DNA from: an uncultured Actinomycetes bacterium
Lineage (GTDB): Bacteria > Actinomycetota > Thermoleophilia > UBA2241
Direction: 5' to 3'
Length of the DNA stretch: 64,000 bases
Assembly (NCBI GenBank): GCA_963755025.1
Contig: CAVWIH010000013.1
Span: forward strand, 69,026 to 133,025
Under the pieces are notes generated by a model. That model had not been told where the DNA came from. It worked only from the letters and a program-made list of their open reading frames with translations, and did no database searches. Below, piece after piece: positions 9,206-19,468 of this stretch. Both the position numbers and the translations under genes were made by a program. Each line of letters starts with the position of its first letter. Position 1 is the stretch's first letter.

Positions 9206-10876
9206 ATGCGACAGCGGGTCATGGTTCGGGTGTTGGTGGCCGTGCTGGGCGCCGGCCTGCTCGCGGCGCTCGGCGCCTGCGGCGGGGGCGCCTCGTCGGC
9301 GTCGGCGCCGTCGGGCTCGGCCTCTCCGACCAGGGGCGGCACGCTGGTCGTAACCTTCCAGGCCGAGCCGGTGACACTCGACCCGGCGATCGACTTCGAG
9401 GGCCCCGGTTGGGCCATCGAGCATTGCATCTTCGGCAACCTGCTCAACTACTCCAGCGGCCCCGGCTCGGCCGGCACCAAGATCGTCCCTGACATGGCTA
9501 CCGTGGTGCCGACCGTGGCCAACGGCGGCATCACCAACGGCGGCAAGACCTACATCTTCCACATCAGGCCGGGCATCAAGTTCGCCCCTCCCGTGAACCG
9601 CGAGGTCACCGCCGCCGACTTCGTCTACAGCTTCCAGCGCATGATGAGCCTGCCCACGGCGCCGGCCAAGGGTTACTACGCCGGCATCGTCGGCCTGCAG
9701 GCCTTCCTGAACGGCAAGGCCAAGACCATCGCCGGCTACAAGGCGACCGGCAAGTACACCCTCGAGGTCGACCTCGAGCAGCCCATCGCCACCTTCCTGA
9801 ACATCATGGAGATGCCCTTCAGCGCACCGGTGGCCAAAGAGTGGGTCGCCAGGTGGGGCAAGCAGGTCGGTCGGCACCCGCTGGGCACCGGCCCCTACGT
9901 CGCCGACTCACTGGACGGCCAGCCAGGACCTGCTGCTCACGCGCAACACGAACTACACGGGAACGGCGGGGTACGTCGACGCCATCGCAGTTCGAGTTCT
10001 CGATCACGCCGACCACCGCCGTGCTCAAGGTGCAGAGCGGCGACGCCGACCTGCTGGGCGACTACATCCCGCCGGCCAACTTCCCGAGCCTGAGCGTCAA
10101 CCCGCACGTGGAAGAGCCAGGTGGTGGTCGAGCCGGCCGTGGCCCTCAACTGCCTGTTCTTCAACGACACGGTCAAGCCGTTCGACAACGTGGCCGTGCG
10201 CCAGGCGCTGTCGTGGGCCATCGACCGCGCCAAGATCGTCAAGCTGCTGTCGGGCACCGGTCTGCCGCTCAACCAGATCTACCCGGCCGGCCTGCCCGGC
10301 CACGTCGACGGAGCCGCCGGTGACTTCTACGGCTACGACGCCGCCAAGGCCAAACAACTGCTGGCCGCGGCCGGTTACCCGAACGGCTTCTCCACCACCC
10401 TCTACTCCAGCAACGTGGCGCCCTGGCCGACGCTGCTGCAGTCGATCCAGTACGACTTCGCGCAGATCGGCGTGAAGGCGAACATCAAGCTGCTCGACCA
10501 GTCGTCGTACTGGACGCTGATCGGCAAGAAGGGCGCCGCCGCGACGGGCCTGAACAACTGGTGGATGGACTACCCCGACCCGTTCGACTATATCAACGGC
10601 ATGCTCAGCAAGAGCTCGGCGATCGACGAGGGCAGCAACCCGAGCTTCTGGTGGGACCCCAAGATCGAGAAGGGCCTGCTGCAGGCGCAGGCGATGCTCG
10701 ACCCGGCCGCTCGCCTGGCGAAGTTCGACCAGATGCAGTCGTATATCATGAGCCAGGCCCCGCTGGTGCCGCTCTACCAGTCCGTGGTCACCACGCTGCA
10801 CTCCAAGCGCACCGGCGGCATCTACCTGCACCCGGTGTGGATCTTCGACTTCCAGCATTACTGGATCGACAAGTGA
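9206..10876 (+). CDS. ABC peptide/nickel-family substrate-binding lipoprotein (OppA/DppA-like), three +1 frameshifts near 9903, 9988 and 10103
   Basis: LGAC lipobox, GGTL, TLDPA, PLGTGPY, PFDNVAVRQALSWAIDR, WWMDYPDP; fragments in three frames return to the original frame. Confidence 0.88.
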
Positions 10877-10928
10877 CGGCAGCGACCGGCGATGCGGCAC
10901 CCTGAACCGACTACCGAATGAGGCGCTG

Positions 10929-11834
10929 ATGGACCTGCAGACGAGCTCGCCGGGCGCCGTGCGCTACCGCGCCAGCATCAACGGCCGGCTGTGCGACCTC
11001 GCCGACGCCGCCATTCCGGCGACCGACGACGGGCTGCTGCGCGGCGACGGCTGCTTCGAGTACTTCCGCGTCTACCTGGGGCGGCCGTTCCTGCTGTCCG
11101 AGCACTTCGACCGCATGGCGCGCTCGTGCGACGTGCTGCGCCTCCCCTTTCCGCGAGCGGCGCTCGAGGCCGACATCGACGCGCTCCTCGCGGCGATGGC
11201 CGCCGACGGCCAGGCCGGCGTGAGCTTCGACGTGCGCATCGTCCTCACCCGAGGGGGCAACCGCGTGGTCCTCGCCCACCCGCCCCTGACGGGTCTCGGC
11301 GCCGTGGCGCTCGCCCTGGTGACCGACCAGCCACGGCCCTGCCTGATCGGCGCCAAGACGATCTCGTATGCGGCGAACATGCTCGCCCAGCGTCTCGCGC
11401 GGGAGCGCGGCTTCGACGAAGCGCTGCTGGTGTCTCCCGACGGGCACGTCCTCGAGGCCCAGACCGGCGCCATCTTCTGGGTCGCCGCCGACGGCGCGCT
11501 CTGCACCCCGCCGCTCACCGAAGGCATCCTCGACTCGATCACTCGCCGGGTGCTGCGCCGACGCCTCAGCATCGCCGAACGCAGCTGCGAGACCAGCGAC
11601 ATCATGGCCGCCGCCGAGGTCTTCGTGGCGGCGAGCAGCTGGGAGGTCCGGCCGGTGGGGCGCGTCGACGACCAGGTGTACGGCGACGCGCCGGGGCCGG
11701 CCACTCGCGACGCGCTCAAGGCGCTGTGGTGCGCGGTCGAAGACGACACCGGCCTCGACCTCGCGCCCCATTTCGCGCAGGCCGCCAGCCCCGAGTTCGT
11801 GCTCGCCGCCTGGCGGGACCGCCACTCGAGCTAA
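10929..11834 (+). CDS. Aminotransferase class IV (BCAT/D-amino-acid aminotransferase/ADC lyase family)
   Basis: GLLRGDGCFE, HFDRM, AKTISY (PLP Lys), GFDEALL, GILDSITR. Confidence 0.88.
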   Translation: MDLQTSSPGAVRYRASINGRLCDLADAAIPATDDGLLRGDGCFEYFRVYLGRPFLLSEHFDRMARSCDVLRLPFPRAALEADIDALLAAMAADGQAGVSFDVRIVLTRGGNRVVLAHPPLTGLGAVALALVTDQPRPCLIGAKTISYAANMLAQRLARERGFDEALLVSPDGHVLEAQTGAIFWVAADGALCTPPLTEGILDSITRRVLRRRLSIAERSCETSDIMAAAEVFVAASSWEVRPVGRVDDQVYGDAPGPATRDALKALWCAVEDDTGLDLAPHFAQAASPEFVLAAWRDRHSS

Positions 11835-11871
11835 CGCGCCGAGGGGCGGCTCGCGCGCCGGGGCGCGCCGG

Positions 11872-12810
11872 TCAGTGCACGTGCGGCAGGGTCGCCAGGA
11901 ACACCCCCGTGAGGGTGATGGCGGCGCCCAGCACAAGGCGGGCGCCGAGGCGCTCTCGCAAGAAGACGATCCCGCCGACGATCGCGAAGATGGGCGACGT
12001 GGCCACGATCAGCGTAGTGAGCACCGGTCCAATCTGGTCGATCAGCACGTACCACATGACCGTGAACAACGCGTTCAGCACGCCGGCCGCCACGAGCAGG
12101 CCGACGACCCGGCGCCGCTCTCCGGCGCCCAGCGGCGCCACAAGGAGCGGCCGGCGGCGCGCGAGCATGAAGGGCGCCAGCAGCACCACGCCGAGGGCCT
12201 CGCCGAGCACCATCATGGTCGTGCTCGCGCCGTGCGTCGAGCGCTCGGCGAGCTCGATCATCACCGGGCTGAAGCCCCACCCCGCGGCGGTCACGAGCGA
12301 CAGGACGACGACCGTGCGGGCCGATGCCGGCAACGGCGGGCCGGCGGCGCCTTCGAGCGCCGGCGCGTGAGGTTCGGGTTCGTCGTCCATCCAGCGCGAG
12401 ATCAGGGCCACGCCGGCAAACGCCACCAGCAGCCCCACGATCGTCAGGCCCACGATGGCCGTGCCCACGATGAGCGCCGCAAACCCGGCCGTGAACAGCG
12501 GGTCGGTGCAGGTCAGCGGTCCGACGACGCCCACCCTGCCGGAGCGTAGCGCGGAGTAGTAGGCGGTGAAGGCGATCAGCCAGGTGACCGACGAGCCGAT
12601 GGCGATGTAGCCCACGGCCGTCCAGGTCATGGTGAAGCCGAGCGACCAGAGATGCAGCAGGCTGAGCGGCGCCGCGACCGCCACGAGGCTCACGGTCGAG
12701 ACGACGAGCACGAAGAAGTTCACCGGGATCGGGCGCACGTGCTCGAGGACCTGCTTGTTGAGCACCACGATCAGGCCCCAGCAGGCGGCGGCCAGAAAGG
12801 CTACGCCCAC
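11872..12810 (-). CDS. DMT/EamA family transporter
   Basis: About 10 TM helices in two EamA repeats, FLRERL motif; start uncertain (12810-12903). Confidence 0.85.
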   Translation of the reverse strand: MGVAFLAAACWGLIVVLNKQVLEHVRPIPVNFFVLVVSTVSLVAVAAPLSLLHLWSLGFTMTWTAVGYIAIGSSVTWLIAFTAYYSALRSGRVGVVGPLTCTDPLFTAGFAALIVGTAIVGLTIVGLLVAFAGVALISRWMDDEPEPHAPALEGAAGPPLPASARTVVVLSLVTAAGWGFSPVMIELAERSTHGASTTMMVLGEALGVVLLAPFMLARRRPLLVAPLGAGERRRVVGLLVAAGVLNALFTVMWYVLIDQIGPVLTTLIVATSPIFAIVGGIVFLRERLGARLVLGAAITLTGVFLATLPHVH

Positions 12811-13032
12811 CCAGACAAGAAAGCCCCCCGAGATCTGCCACCTCCGCGCCGGTGCGCACTGGGCGCAAGCCCGCAGGTGCGGGACTGAGCGACAGTCTAT
12901 CAACGACGCGTCGCGAAGATCGTGAGCCGCTTGCTCGCCGGGTGAAGGTTGGCCGCAGCGGCACAGTCGCGGGGCCGAGCTTCGGCACGACTGCGGTTCT
13001 CTACCTGTTCAAGGTCCTGGGGCCATGACCCG

Positions 13033-13228
13033 ATGAAGAAGATAGTTGCTGCTACGCCGATCGAGTACATGATCGCCGTCCAGACCGACAACGCGGACCG
13101 CCGACGGCACCGGCGAGTTCACCTTCACGCAGAAGAACCTCGACAAGTCGACCCGTTTCACGGCGATCTGGAACGGCGACGACTCCGACCTCGGCGCCAC
13201 CGCGACGGCCGTCGTCAGGGTGAAGTAA
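13033..13228 (+). pseudogene. Gene remnant or frameshifted small ORF ending in an Ig-like C-terminus
   Basis: TADGTGEFTFTQKNLDKSTRFTAIWNGDDSDLGATATAVVRVK* with coding-like codons, followed by a strong hairpin; upstream MKKIV.. is out of frame. Confidence 0.45.
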
Positions 13229-13260
13229 GACAGCAGCCTGTGTTCCGCGCATGCGCGTCC

Positions 13261-13304
13261 GCGACGGGGGCGGGGTGGCTCGGCAGCCACCCCGCCCCCG
13301 TCGC
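13261..13304 (+). terminator. Intrinsic terminator hairpin
   Basis: 20-bp perfect stem gcgacgggggcggggtggct-cggc-agccaccccgcccccgtcgc followed by tcgttt. Confidence 0.75.
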
Positions 13305-13383
13305 TCGTTTGCGGTCGCACTCTGAGCGGGCAGGGCGACGGCGGCTGGTCGCGATGCTTCGACGCCGCCGTGTCTGGGCAGTT

Positions 13384-13427
13384 TCACAGCGTTCGCTCAG
13401 CGGTTCGCCAGCACCGGGGGTTACACT
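13384..13427 (+). promoter_or_regulatory. Three hexamers at 11-bp period (OmpR/MprA-type box) plus -10 element upstream of PBP2
   Basis: TCACAG-N5-GCTCAG-N5-CGCCAG then TACACT. Confidence 0.45.
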
Positions 13428-13631
13428 GCCAGAGTCGCCATCGGCCACGGAGGTGCGGAGACGACGATCGCCTTTGGACGGCCTTGCCATCGGCCGACCC
13501 GGGCGCGACACTGAGATCCAGTGAGCTGCTCCTTCTCGGGCAGCGCGCGATCCAATCCGGGCAGCGCGCGATCCTCGACGACCGATCGTCGCCGCCTTGC
13601 GGGACCGCTTTGACGGCGGAGATGCGTAGAC

Positions 13632-15580
13632 GTGCCGAGGACCAGGTTCAGACTCGACCACCCGGGGCTCTCCGGAAGGGCTGCCGGCGGCCGCCTGCCC
13701 CTGCGCCCGCCGTCGGTAGCGGTGCGCGTGGCGATCGTCGGCGGCCTCGTCGTCGTGCTGCTCGGGGTGCTCGTCTTTCGTTTGTGGTTCCTGCAGGTCC
13801 TCGACAGCCAGAACTACCTGGCTCAGGCTCAGAACAACAGCCTGCGCAGCATCGAGATCAAGGCGCCGCGCGGCGTCATAGAAGATCGCAACGGCACGAT
13901 GCTCGTCGACAATCGCCCCGGCCTGGCGATCGGCATCCGCCCCATGGACGTGCCCAAAGGCGGCCTGAGCGAGCTGGCCCACCGTCTGTCGCCCCTGGTC
14001 CACGTGCCGACCAAGACGATCCTCGCCCTGGTCGCCAAACAGTCGTGGCTGCCCTACGACCTCGTCATCATCAGGCGCGACGCGCCCAGGGGGCTGGTCA
14101 CCTATCTGCTGCAGCGCGACCAGTCCTTCCCGGGTGTCGAGGTGCAGGAGAGCTACCTGCGCGCCTACCCGCTGGGCGACCTGGCGGCGCCCATCCTGGG
14201 CTACCTCGGCCAGATCGATCCCCAGCAGCTCAAGCAGGCCAGGTTCAGGGGCTACCTGCCCGACGACGAGGTCGGCCAGAGCGGCGTCGAGGCCACCTAC
14301 GACCGCTGGCTCCAGGGCAAGGACGGCGCCTCGATGGTCGAGGTCGACGCTGAGGGCAAGCCCGTGGCGCAGGCGGCCGGAGGCAGCCTGCCCGAGCCCG
14401 GCGACAACCTCGTGCTCACACTCGACGCCCGCGTGCAGAAGGCCGCCGAGAACGCGGTGCGTTCGGCATAGAGCTGGCGCACGTCGCCGGCTACCCGCAA
14501 GCCCGGGCGGGCGCCGCGGTCGTCCTCGACGCGAAGAGCGGCGCGGTCGTGGCCATGGCCAACTACCCCAGCTACGACCCGAACTGGTTCTCCGGCGGCA
14601 TCAGCGTCGCCCACCTCAAGCGCCTGCTGCGGCCGCAGGCCGACGATCCCCTGCTCGATCGCGCCATCGCCGGCGAGTACCCGACCGGCTCGACCTTCAA
14701 GGTGGTCGACACGATCGCCGGCCTCGAGACCGGTGTGCTCAGTCCGTCGACGACCCTGTACGCCGGCCCGACCTACTCGAACCACGGCGCGGTGTGGCAC
14801 GACTGGAACCCCAACGGCCACGGCACGATCGACCTGACCCAGGCCCTGGTGCAGTCGGCCGACACCTATTTCTACCAGGTCGGCTACGACTTCTACCTGC
14901 GCTCCGGCACCGACCTCGAAGGCTGGGCGCAGAAGCTGGGCTACGGACACCTGGCCGGCATCGACCTGCCCGGCGAGTCGCCCGGCGTCGTGCCGACGCC
15001 CGCCTGGCTGCGCCGGACGTACTCGAAGAAGACCGACCCCACGGGCTGGCGCATCGACAGCATCTGGAAACCAGGCAACTCGATCAACCTGTCCATCGGC
15101 CAGGGCGACCTGCTGGCCACACCGCTGCAGGTGGCCGTCAACTACGCGGCGATCGCCAACGGCGGCTACCGGGTGACGCCGCACCTCGGCATGAGCATCG
15201 ACTCGCCACAGGGCGCCGTGCTGCGCAAGCTCCCCTACACTGCGCCGAGCAACCTGGGCATAGATCCCAGTTACCTCGCCTTCGTGCGCAGCGCTTTGCG
15301 CGAGGCCGCCTCGACCCCGGCCGGCACGTCGTACGGCACCTTCGGCAGCTACCCGGTGGCGGTGGCCGGCAAGACCGGCACGGCGCAGGTCGCAGGTAAG
15401 GGCGACTACTCCTGGTATGCGAGCTTTGCGCCGGTCAATGACCCCAAGTACGTGGTGGTCGTCATGATTGAGCAGGGCGGCGAGGGCGCCGACGCCGCGG
15501 CGCCGGCGGCGCGGCTCATCTACAACGCCCTCTTCCACATAACGGCGGGCGGTGTCGGCGGGGCCCCGCACGGGGACTGA
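13632..15580 (+). CDS. mrdA: Penicillin-binding protein 2 (class B), frameshift near 14462
   Basis: TM anchor + RLWFLQV, APRG.I.DRNG, GQSGVE, then GSTFK, SADTYFY and GKTGTAQ catalytic motifs across ORFs 13632..14471 and 14549..15580. Confidence 0.9.
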
Positions 15581-15638
15581 GAAGCGCAGGAACTGGGTCG
15601 TCGCGCCGAGGCGGCGCGTCACCGGGCGAAGGAGGGCC

Positions 15639-16556
15639 ATGGCGGAGAAGCGTCGGATCGGCACGCTCGAGGTCTCGCCGGCGGGCCTGGGCTGCAACAA
15701 CTTCGGGCGGCGGCTCGACGCCGCCGGGGCGGCGAGCGTCGTCGAAGCCGCCCTCGCGGCCGGCGTCACGCACTTCGACACGGCCGACGTCTACGCCGAC
15801 GGCGCCTCCGAGACGCTGCTCGGCTCGGCTCTCGGCGCGCGGCGCCGCGACGTCGTGGTCACCACCAAGTTCGGCATGGGCGAGGTACCCGAAGGGTTGT
15901 CGGGCGGCGATCCGCGGTGGGTCAGGCGCGCCTGCGAGCAGAGCCTGGAGCGCCTGGGCGGCGAGTACATCGACCTCTACCTGCTGCACCGGCCCGACCC
16001 CGCGGTGCCCATCGCCGACACGCTGACCGCCATGAACGAGCTCGTGGCCGAGGGCAAGGTGCGCGAGATCGGCTGTTCGAACTTCTCCGCGGCGCAGCTC
16101 GCCGAGGCCCACGAGGCGGCCCGCGCCGGCGGCCTGCGCGGCTTCGCCTGCGTGCAGAACGAGTACAACCTTCTCGCACGCGAGGCCCAGCGTGAGGTGC
16201 TCGCCGCCTGCGACTCGCTCGGCATGGTCTTCGTGCCCTTCTTTCCGCTGGCCGTGGGGCTGCTGAGCGGCAAGTACCGAGGCGGCCGGCCGACGCCTGC
16301 CCAGACGCGCCTCGCGGGACGCGAGGCGCTCGTCGAGGAGCGGCTGCCGCAGATCGAGCAGCTCGCCGCCTACGCCGAGCACCACGGTCACACGCTGCTC
16401 GAGCTCGCCTTGAGCTGGCTGGCCTCTCAGCGGCAGGTCGCCTCGGTGATCGCCGGCGCGATGACGCCCGAGCAGGTGCGCGCCGACGTGGCGGCCACCA
16501 CGGCCTGGCGGCTGAGCGAGACGGACCTGGCTGCGGTCGAGCGCCTCTCCGGCTAG
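15639..16556 (+). CDS. Aldo/keto reductase
   Basis: GLGCNNFG, FDTADVY, TKFG, IDLYLLH, GKVREIGCSNF; RBS GGAGG. Confidence 0.93.
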   Translation: MAEKRRIGTLEVSPAGLGCNNFGRRLDAAGAASVVEAALAAGVTHFDTADVYADGASETLLGSALGARRRDVVVTTKFGMGEVPEGLSGGDPRWVRRACEQSLERLGGEYIDLYLLHRPDPAVPIADTLTAMNELVAEGKVREIGCSNFSAAQLAEAHEAARAGGLRGFACVQNEYNLLAREAQREVLAACDSLGMVFVPFFPLAVGLLSGKYRGGRPTPAQTRLAGREALVEERLPQIEQLAAYAEHHGHTLLELALSWLASQRQVASVIAGAMTPEQVRADVAATTAWRLSETDLAAVERLSG

Positions 16557-18973
16557 CGCCCCCGGCGCGACAGCCAGGTCTCTTTGGCCACGAGGCCGTC
16601 GCCGAAGGCGAGCACGCGGTTGCGGCCGGCGCGCTTGGCCGCGTACATGGCCCAGTCGGCCTTGTCGAGCAGCTCGTCGCGCGCCGAGGCGTCGGTCGGG
16701 CAGGTGGCAACGCCCACGCTGACCGTGAGCGGTTTGTCGGCCTTGATGCTCGAGGCCTCGACCTCGGCGCGGATCCGCTCGGCCACGCCGAGCGCGTCGG
16801 CGGCGTCGGTGTCGACCAGCACGAGCACGAACTCCTCGCCGCCGTAGCGCGCCGCCAGGTCGATGCGCCGGCTGCGCGCCTCGACGACGCGCGCGATGCG
16901 CGCCAGGGCGGCGTCGCCCGCCTTGTGGCCCCAGGCGTCGTTGAAGTCCTTGAAGCAGTCGCAGTCGCAGAACAGCAGGGACAGCGTGGTCTCGCGACGC
17001 GCCGCGCGCTCGAGCTCCTCTTCGAGGCGCTCGTGCAGGTAGCGGTGGTTGTAGAGGCCGGTGAGGCCGTCGGTGATGGCCTCGACCTCGGCGCGGCTGA
17101 AGCGGATGGCCGCCGACTGCAGCATGGCCGCCAGGGTGTGAGAGCGGTCGCCCTGCAGCGAGCGGTCGAGCGACTCGACGATCGGCGCATCGACGCTGAC
17201 GGCGCCGACCACGTCGCCCCGGCCGTCGCGCAGCGGAGCGATGCCCGACACCCAGACGCCGAAGTCGTCGGCGTTCAGGACGTTGGCCACGAGGCCCTCG
17301 CCGGCGAGCACGCGGGCGAGCTCGTCTTCGGGCAGCCACGGATCGCCGCAGCGGGAGAACTGGCTTTCGGTCTCGCCGGTGTCGAGCACCGTGATGCACT
17401 GGTCGCCCCGCAGGGCGAAGCTCGTGACGAAACGCACCGGCGGGTGCTCGTCGCGCAAGCGGCGCAGCGCGGCCACCATCGTCAGGTAGGCGGGCGACGC
17501 TTCGTCGGCGCGGGCGTGCAGCAGGGCGTGAGCTTCGGGGTCGACGAGCGTCGCGGCCTGCTGGGCCAGGGCGGCGACGCGCGTGCGGCGCCGCCGCAGG
17601 CGTCGCAGCACGCGCAGGAACGCCTCGACCATCTTCGGGTCGAACTGCGTGCCCACGCAGCGCCGCAGCTCGGCGAGGCACTGGCTGTAGCTGAGCGCCG
17701 GGCGGTAGGGTCGCCGGCACGACATGGCGTCGTAACAGTCGACCACGCACATGGCGCGGGCGATCAGCGGGATCTCCTCGCCGGCGAGGCCGTCGGGGTA
17801 GCCGCCGCCGTCGAAGCGCTCGTGGTGGTGGCGCACGCCGGCCACCAGCTCCTTGTCGAACAGGGGCCGCACGATCTCGGCGCTGATGCCGGGGTGCTGG
17901 CGCACGAGCTCCCACTCTTCGGAGGTGAGAGGACCGCCCTTGAGCAGCACGCGGTCGGACACGCCGATCTTGCCGACGTCGTGCAGGAAGGCGGCGTTCT
18001 CGACCTCTTCGAGGCGCTCGTCGGGCCAGCCCAGTTCCTGGCTGAGCAACGCCATGTAGGCCGCCACACGGCTCGCGTGTCCCAGGGTGTAGTAGTCCTT
18101 GGCCGACAGCGCCGAGCTCAGCGCGCGCAGGTTGCCCAGGTGCAGGCTCTTGACCTCTTCGTACAGCCGGGCGCGTTCGAGGGCGAGGGCGACGAGCTGG
18201 CAGACCGCCTCGGCGGTGTCGATCTCTTCGGCGGTGAACCGCCGTTCGACGCGGTCGAGCAGCCCCACGAGGCCGATCACCTTGTCGCGCGCCACCAGGG
18301 GCAGCGAGACGCAGCTGCCCTGCCCGTAGCCCCGCATGTTGTCGCGCTCGTCGCGGCTCAGCCGCGGGTCGTCGAGGTTGCTCACGCAGACGGCGCTGCC
18401 GGTCTCTACGGCGAGCCGTTTGCACGGCCAGTGCTCGAGCGCGACCGACTGGCCCACCCACGTGTCGTCGCGCGCGCCGAGCACGGTCGAGGCGATGCAG
18501 ACGATGCGGCCATCGTCGTCGAGGCGGTAGATGTCGCAGTCGGGGATCTGCAGGGCGGCGCTCAGGCGCCGGGCCGCCGACTGCAGGACCTCGCCGATCT
18601 CAAGGCTCGAAGCCAGCTCGAGGCTCGTCTCAAAGAGGAGCTGATACCGTTCGCCGCCGTCGCTGCCGCCGTCGCTGCCGCCGTCGCTGCCGCCGTCGCT
18701 GCCGCCGCTATTGCCGCCGGCACTGCCGTGGCCACGAGCATCGGCCCGGTCGGCGCCGTCGGTCGTCGTTGAGCGGAGCGGTACGCGTGCCGCCGTCGTC
18801 GGCACGAGCGCGGCCAGCTCGTCGGCCAGGAAGCGGCGCTGACCGCCGGGCGTGAGACGGCAGGCCAGCCTGCCGTCGGCAGCCCAGCGACGCACTGTGC
18901 TTGGGCTGACGTCGAGCAGATCGGCGGCCTGCTGGACGCGCAACCAACGGGGACGCTCGGTCTTGGACTTCAC
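16553..18973 (-). CDS. HTH_17/BldC-like, GAF, HD-GYP, Cache-like and GGDEF multidomain c-di-GMP enzyme
   Basis: AADLLDVSPSTVRRW..TPGGQRRF; GAF; HDVGK..HHERFDGGGYPDG; WVSGIAPLRDGRGDVVGAVSVD; DGLTGLYN..RRID..YGGEEF. Confidence 0.9.
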   Translation of the reverse strand: MKSKTERPRWLRVQQAADLLDVSPSTVRRWAADGRLACRLTPGGQRRFLADELAALVPTTAARVPLRSTTTDGADRADARGHGSAGGNSGGSDGGSDGGSDGGSDGGERYQLLFETSLELASSLEIGEVLQSAARRLSAALQIPDCDIYRLDDDGRIVCIASTVLGARDDTWVGQSVALEHWPCKRLAVETGSAVCVSNLDDPRLSRDERDNMRGYGQGSCVSLPLVARDKVIGLVGLLDRVERRFTAEEIDTAEAVCQLVALALERARLYEEVKSLHLGNLRALSSALSAKDYYTLGHASRVAAYMALLSQELGWPDERLEEVENAAFLHDVGKIGVSDRVLLKGGPLTSEEWELVRQHPGISAEIVRPLFDKELVAGVRHHHERFDGGGYPDGLAGEEIPLIARAMCVVDCYDAMSCRRPYRPALSYSQCLAELRRCVGTQFDPKMVEAFLRVLRRLRRRRTRVAALAQQAATLVDPEAHALLHARADEASPAYLTMVAALRRLRDEHPPVRFVTSFALRGDQCITVLDTGETESQFSRCGDPWLPEDELARVLAGEGLVANVLNADDFGVWVSGIAPLRDGRGDVVGAVSVDAPIVESLDRSLQGDRSHTLAAMLQSAAIRFSRAEVEAITDGLTGLYNHRYLHERLEEELERAARRETTLSLLFCDCDCFKDFNDAWGHKAGDAALARIARVVEARSRRIDLAARYGGEEFVLVLVDTDAADALGVAERIRAEVEASSIKADKPLTVSVGVATCPTDASARDELLDKADWAMYAAKRAGRNRVLAFGDGLVAKETWLSRRGR
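18653..18724. repeat. 12-bp tandem repeat (SDGG units) in the HTH-GAF linker
   Basis: gccgccgtcgct x4 plus 2 degenerate copies. Confidence 0.85.
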
Positions 18974-18980
18974 GGTAACG

Positions 18981-19008
18981 GTATCGGTCGTTGCGCGGCG
19001 GCCCTTGA
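18981..19008 (-). promoter_or_regulatory. Sigma28/WhiG-like promoter, probably leaderless
   Basis: Minus strand TCAAG-N15-ACCGATAC, 7 nt before the GTG start. Confidence 0.6.
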
Positions 19009-19087
19009 CTAGCCGCGTCGGGCGCCGCGGCGCGACCCTCTCGCGCCGTGTCGACGTCGCGCGGGCGGGGGCGCCGCGGGTGGCTCG

Positions 19088-19468
19088 TCAGGCCGCGCGT
19101 CGCGCGCCGGCGCGCGTGGCGCTCATGGCGCACAGCTCGCAGGCTTCGAGCAGCAGGTCGCCGCTCGATATCTGACGACTGGTCTCGCCGGTGAGCAGCG
19201 TGCGTCCGCAGACCTCGCAGGCGGTGACCGGGCGGCGCCGCTGCCTCACGCGTACGACCGCCACGACGGAGCGCTGCGCCGCGGCCGGGCCCTGCGCCGC
19301 GGCCGGGCCCTGCGCCGCGGCCGGGGCCTGCGCCGCGGCCGGGGGCATGGCCGCGGCTGGAGGAGTCGCCGCGGCCGGGGCCGTCGTCTGGGCCGCGGTC
19401 GCGGGGTGAGTCGTCGTCGCGGGCCGCGCGATCGGGCGCGAGAGCCGCCTCAGATGACTGTGCTCCAT
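19088..19468 (-). CDS. Small protein with Ala/Pro repeats and CxxC..CxxC zinc-ribbon-like C-terminus
   Basis: RBS GGGAGG; MEHSHL...CEVCGRTLLTGE...CELC. Confidence 0.7.
   Translation of the reverse strand: MEHSHLRRLSRPIARPATTTHPATAAQTTAPAAATPPAAAMPPAAAQAPAAAQGPAAAQGPAAAQRSVVAVVRVRQRRRPVTACEVCGRTLLTGETSRQISSGDLLLEACELCAMSATRAGARRAA
19274..19400. repeat. 18-bp tandem repeat (PAAAQG units)
   Basis: ctgcgccgcggccgggcc near-perfect x3-4 plus degenerate copies. Confidence 0.85.

Noticed and set aside
15516-18461. 981-aa minus-strand ORF and many similar Arg/Pro/Ala-rich long ORFs
   Set aside because: Off-frame or antisense shadows expected at this GC content; no motifs
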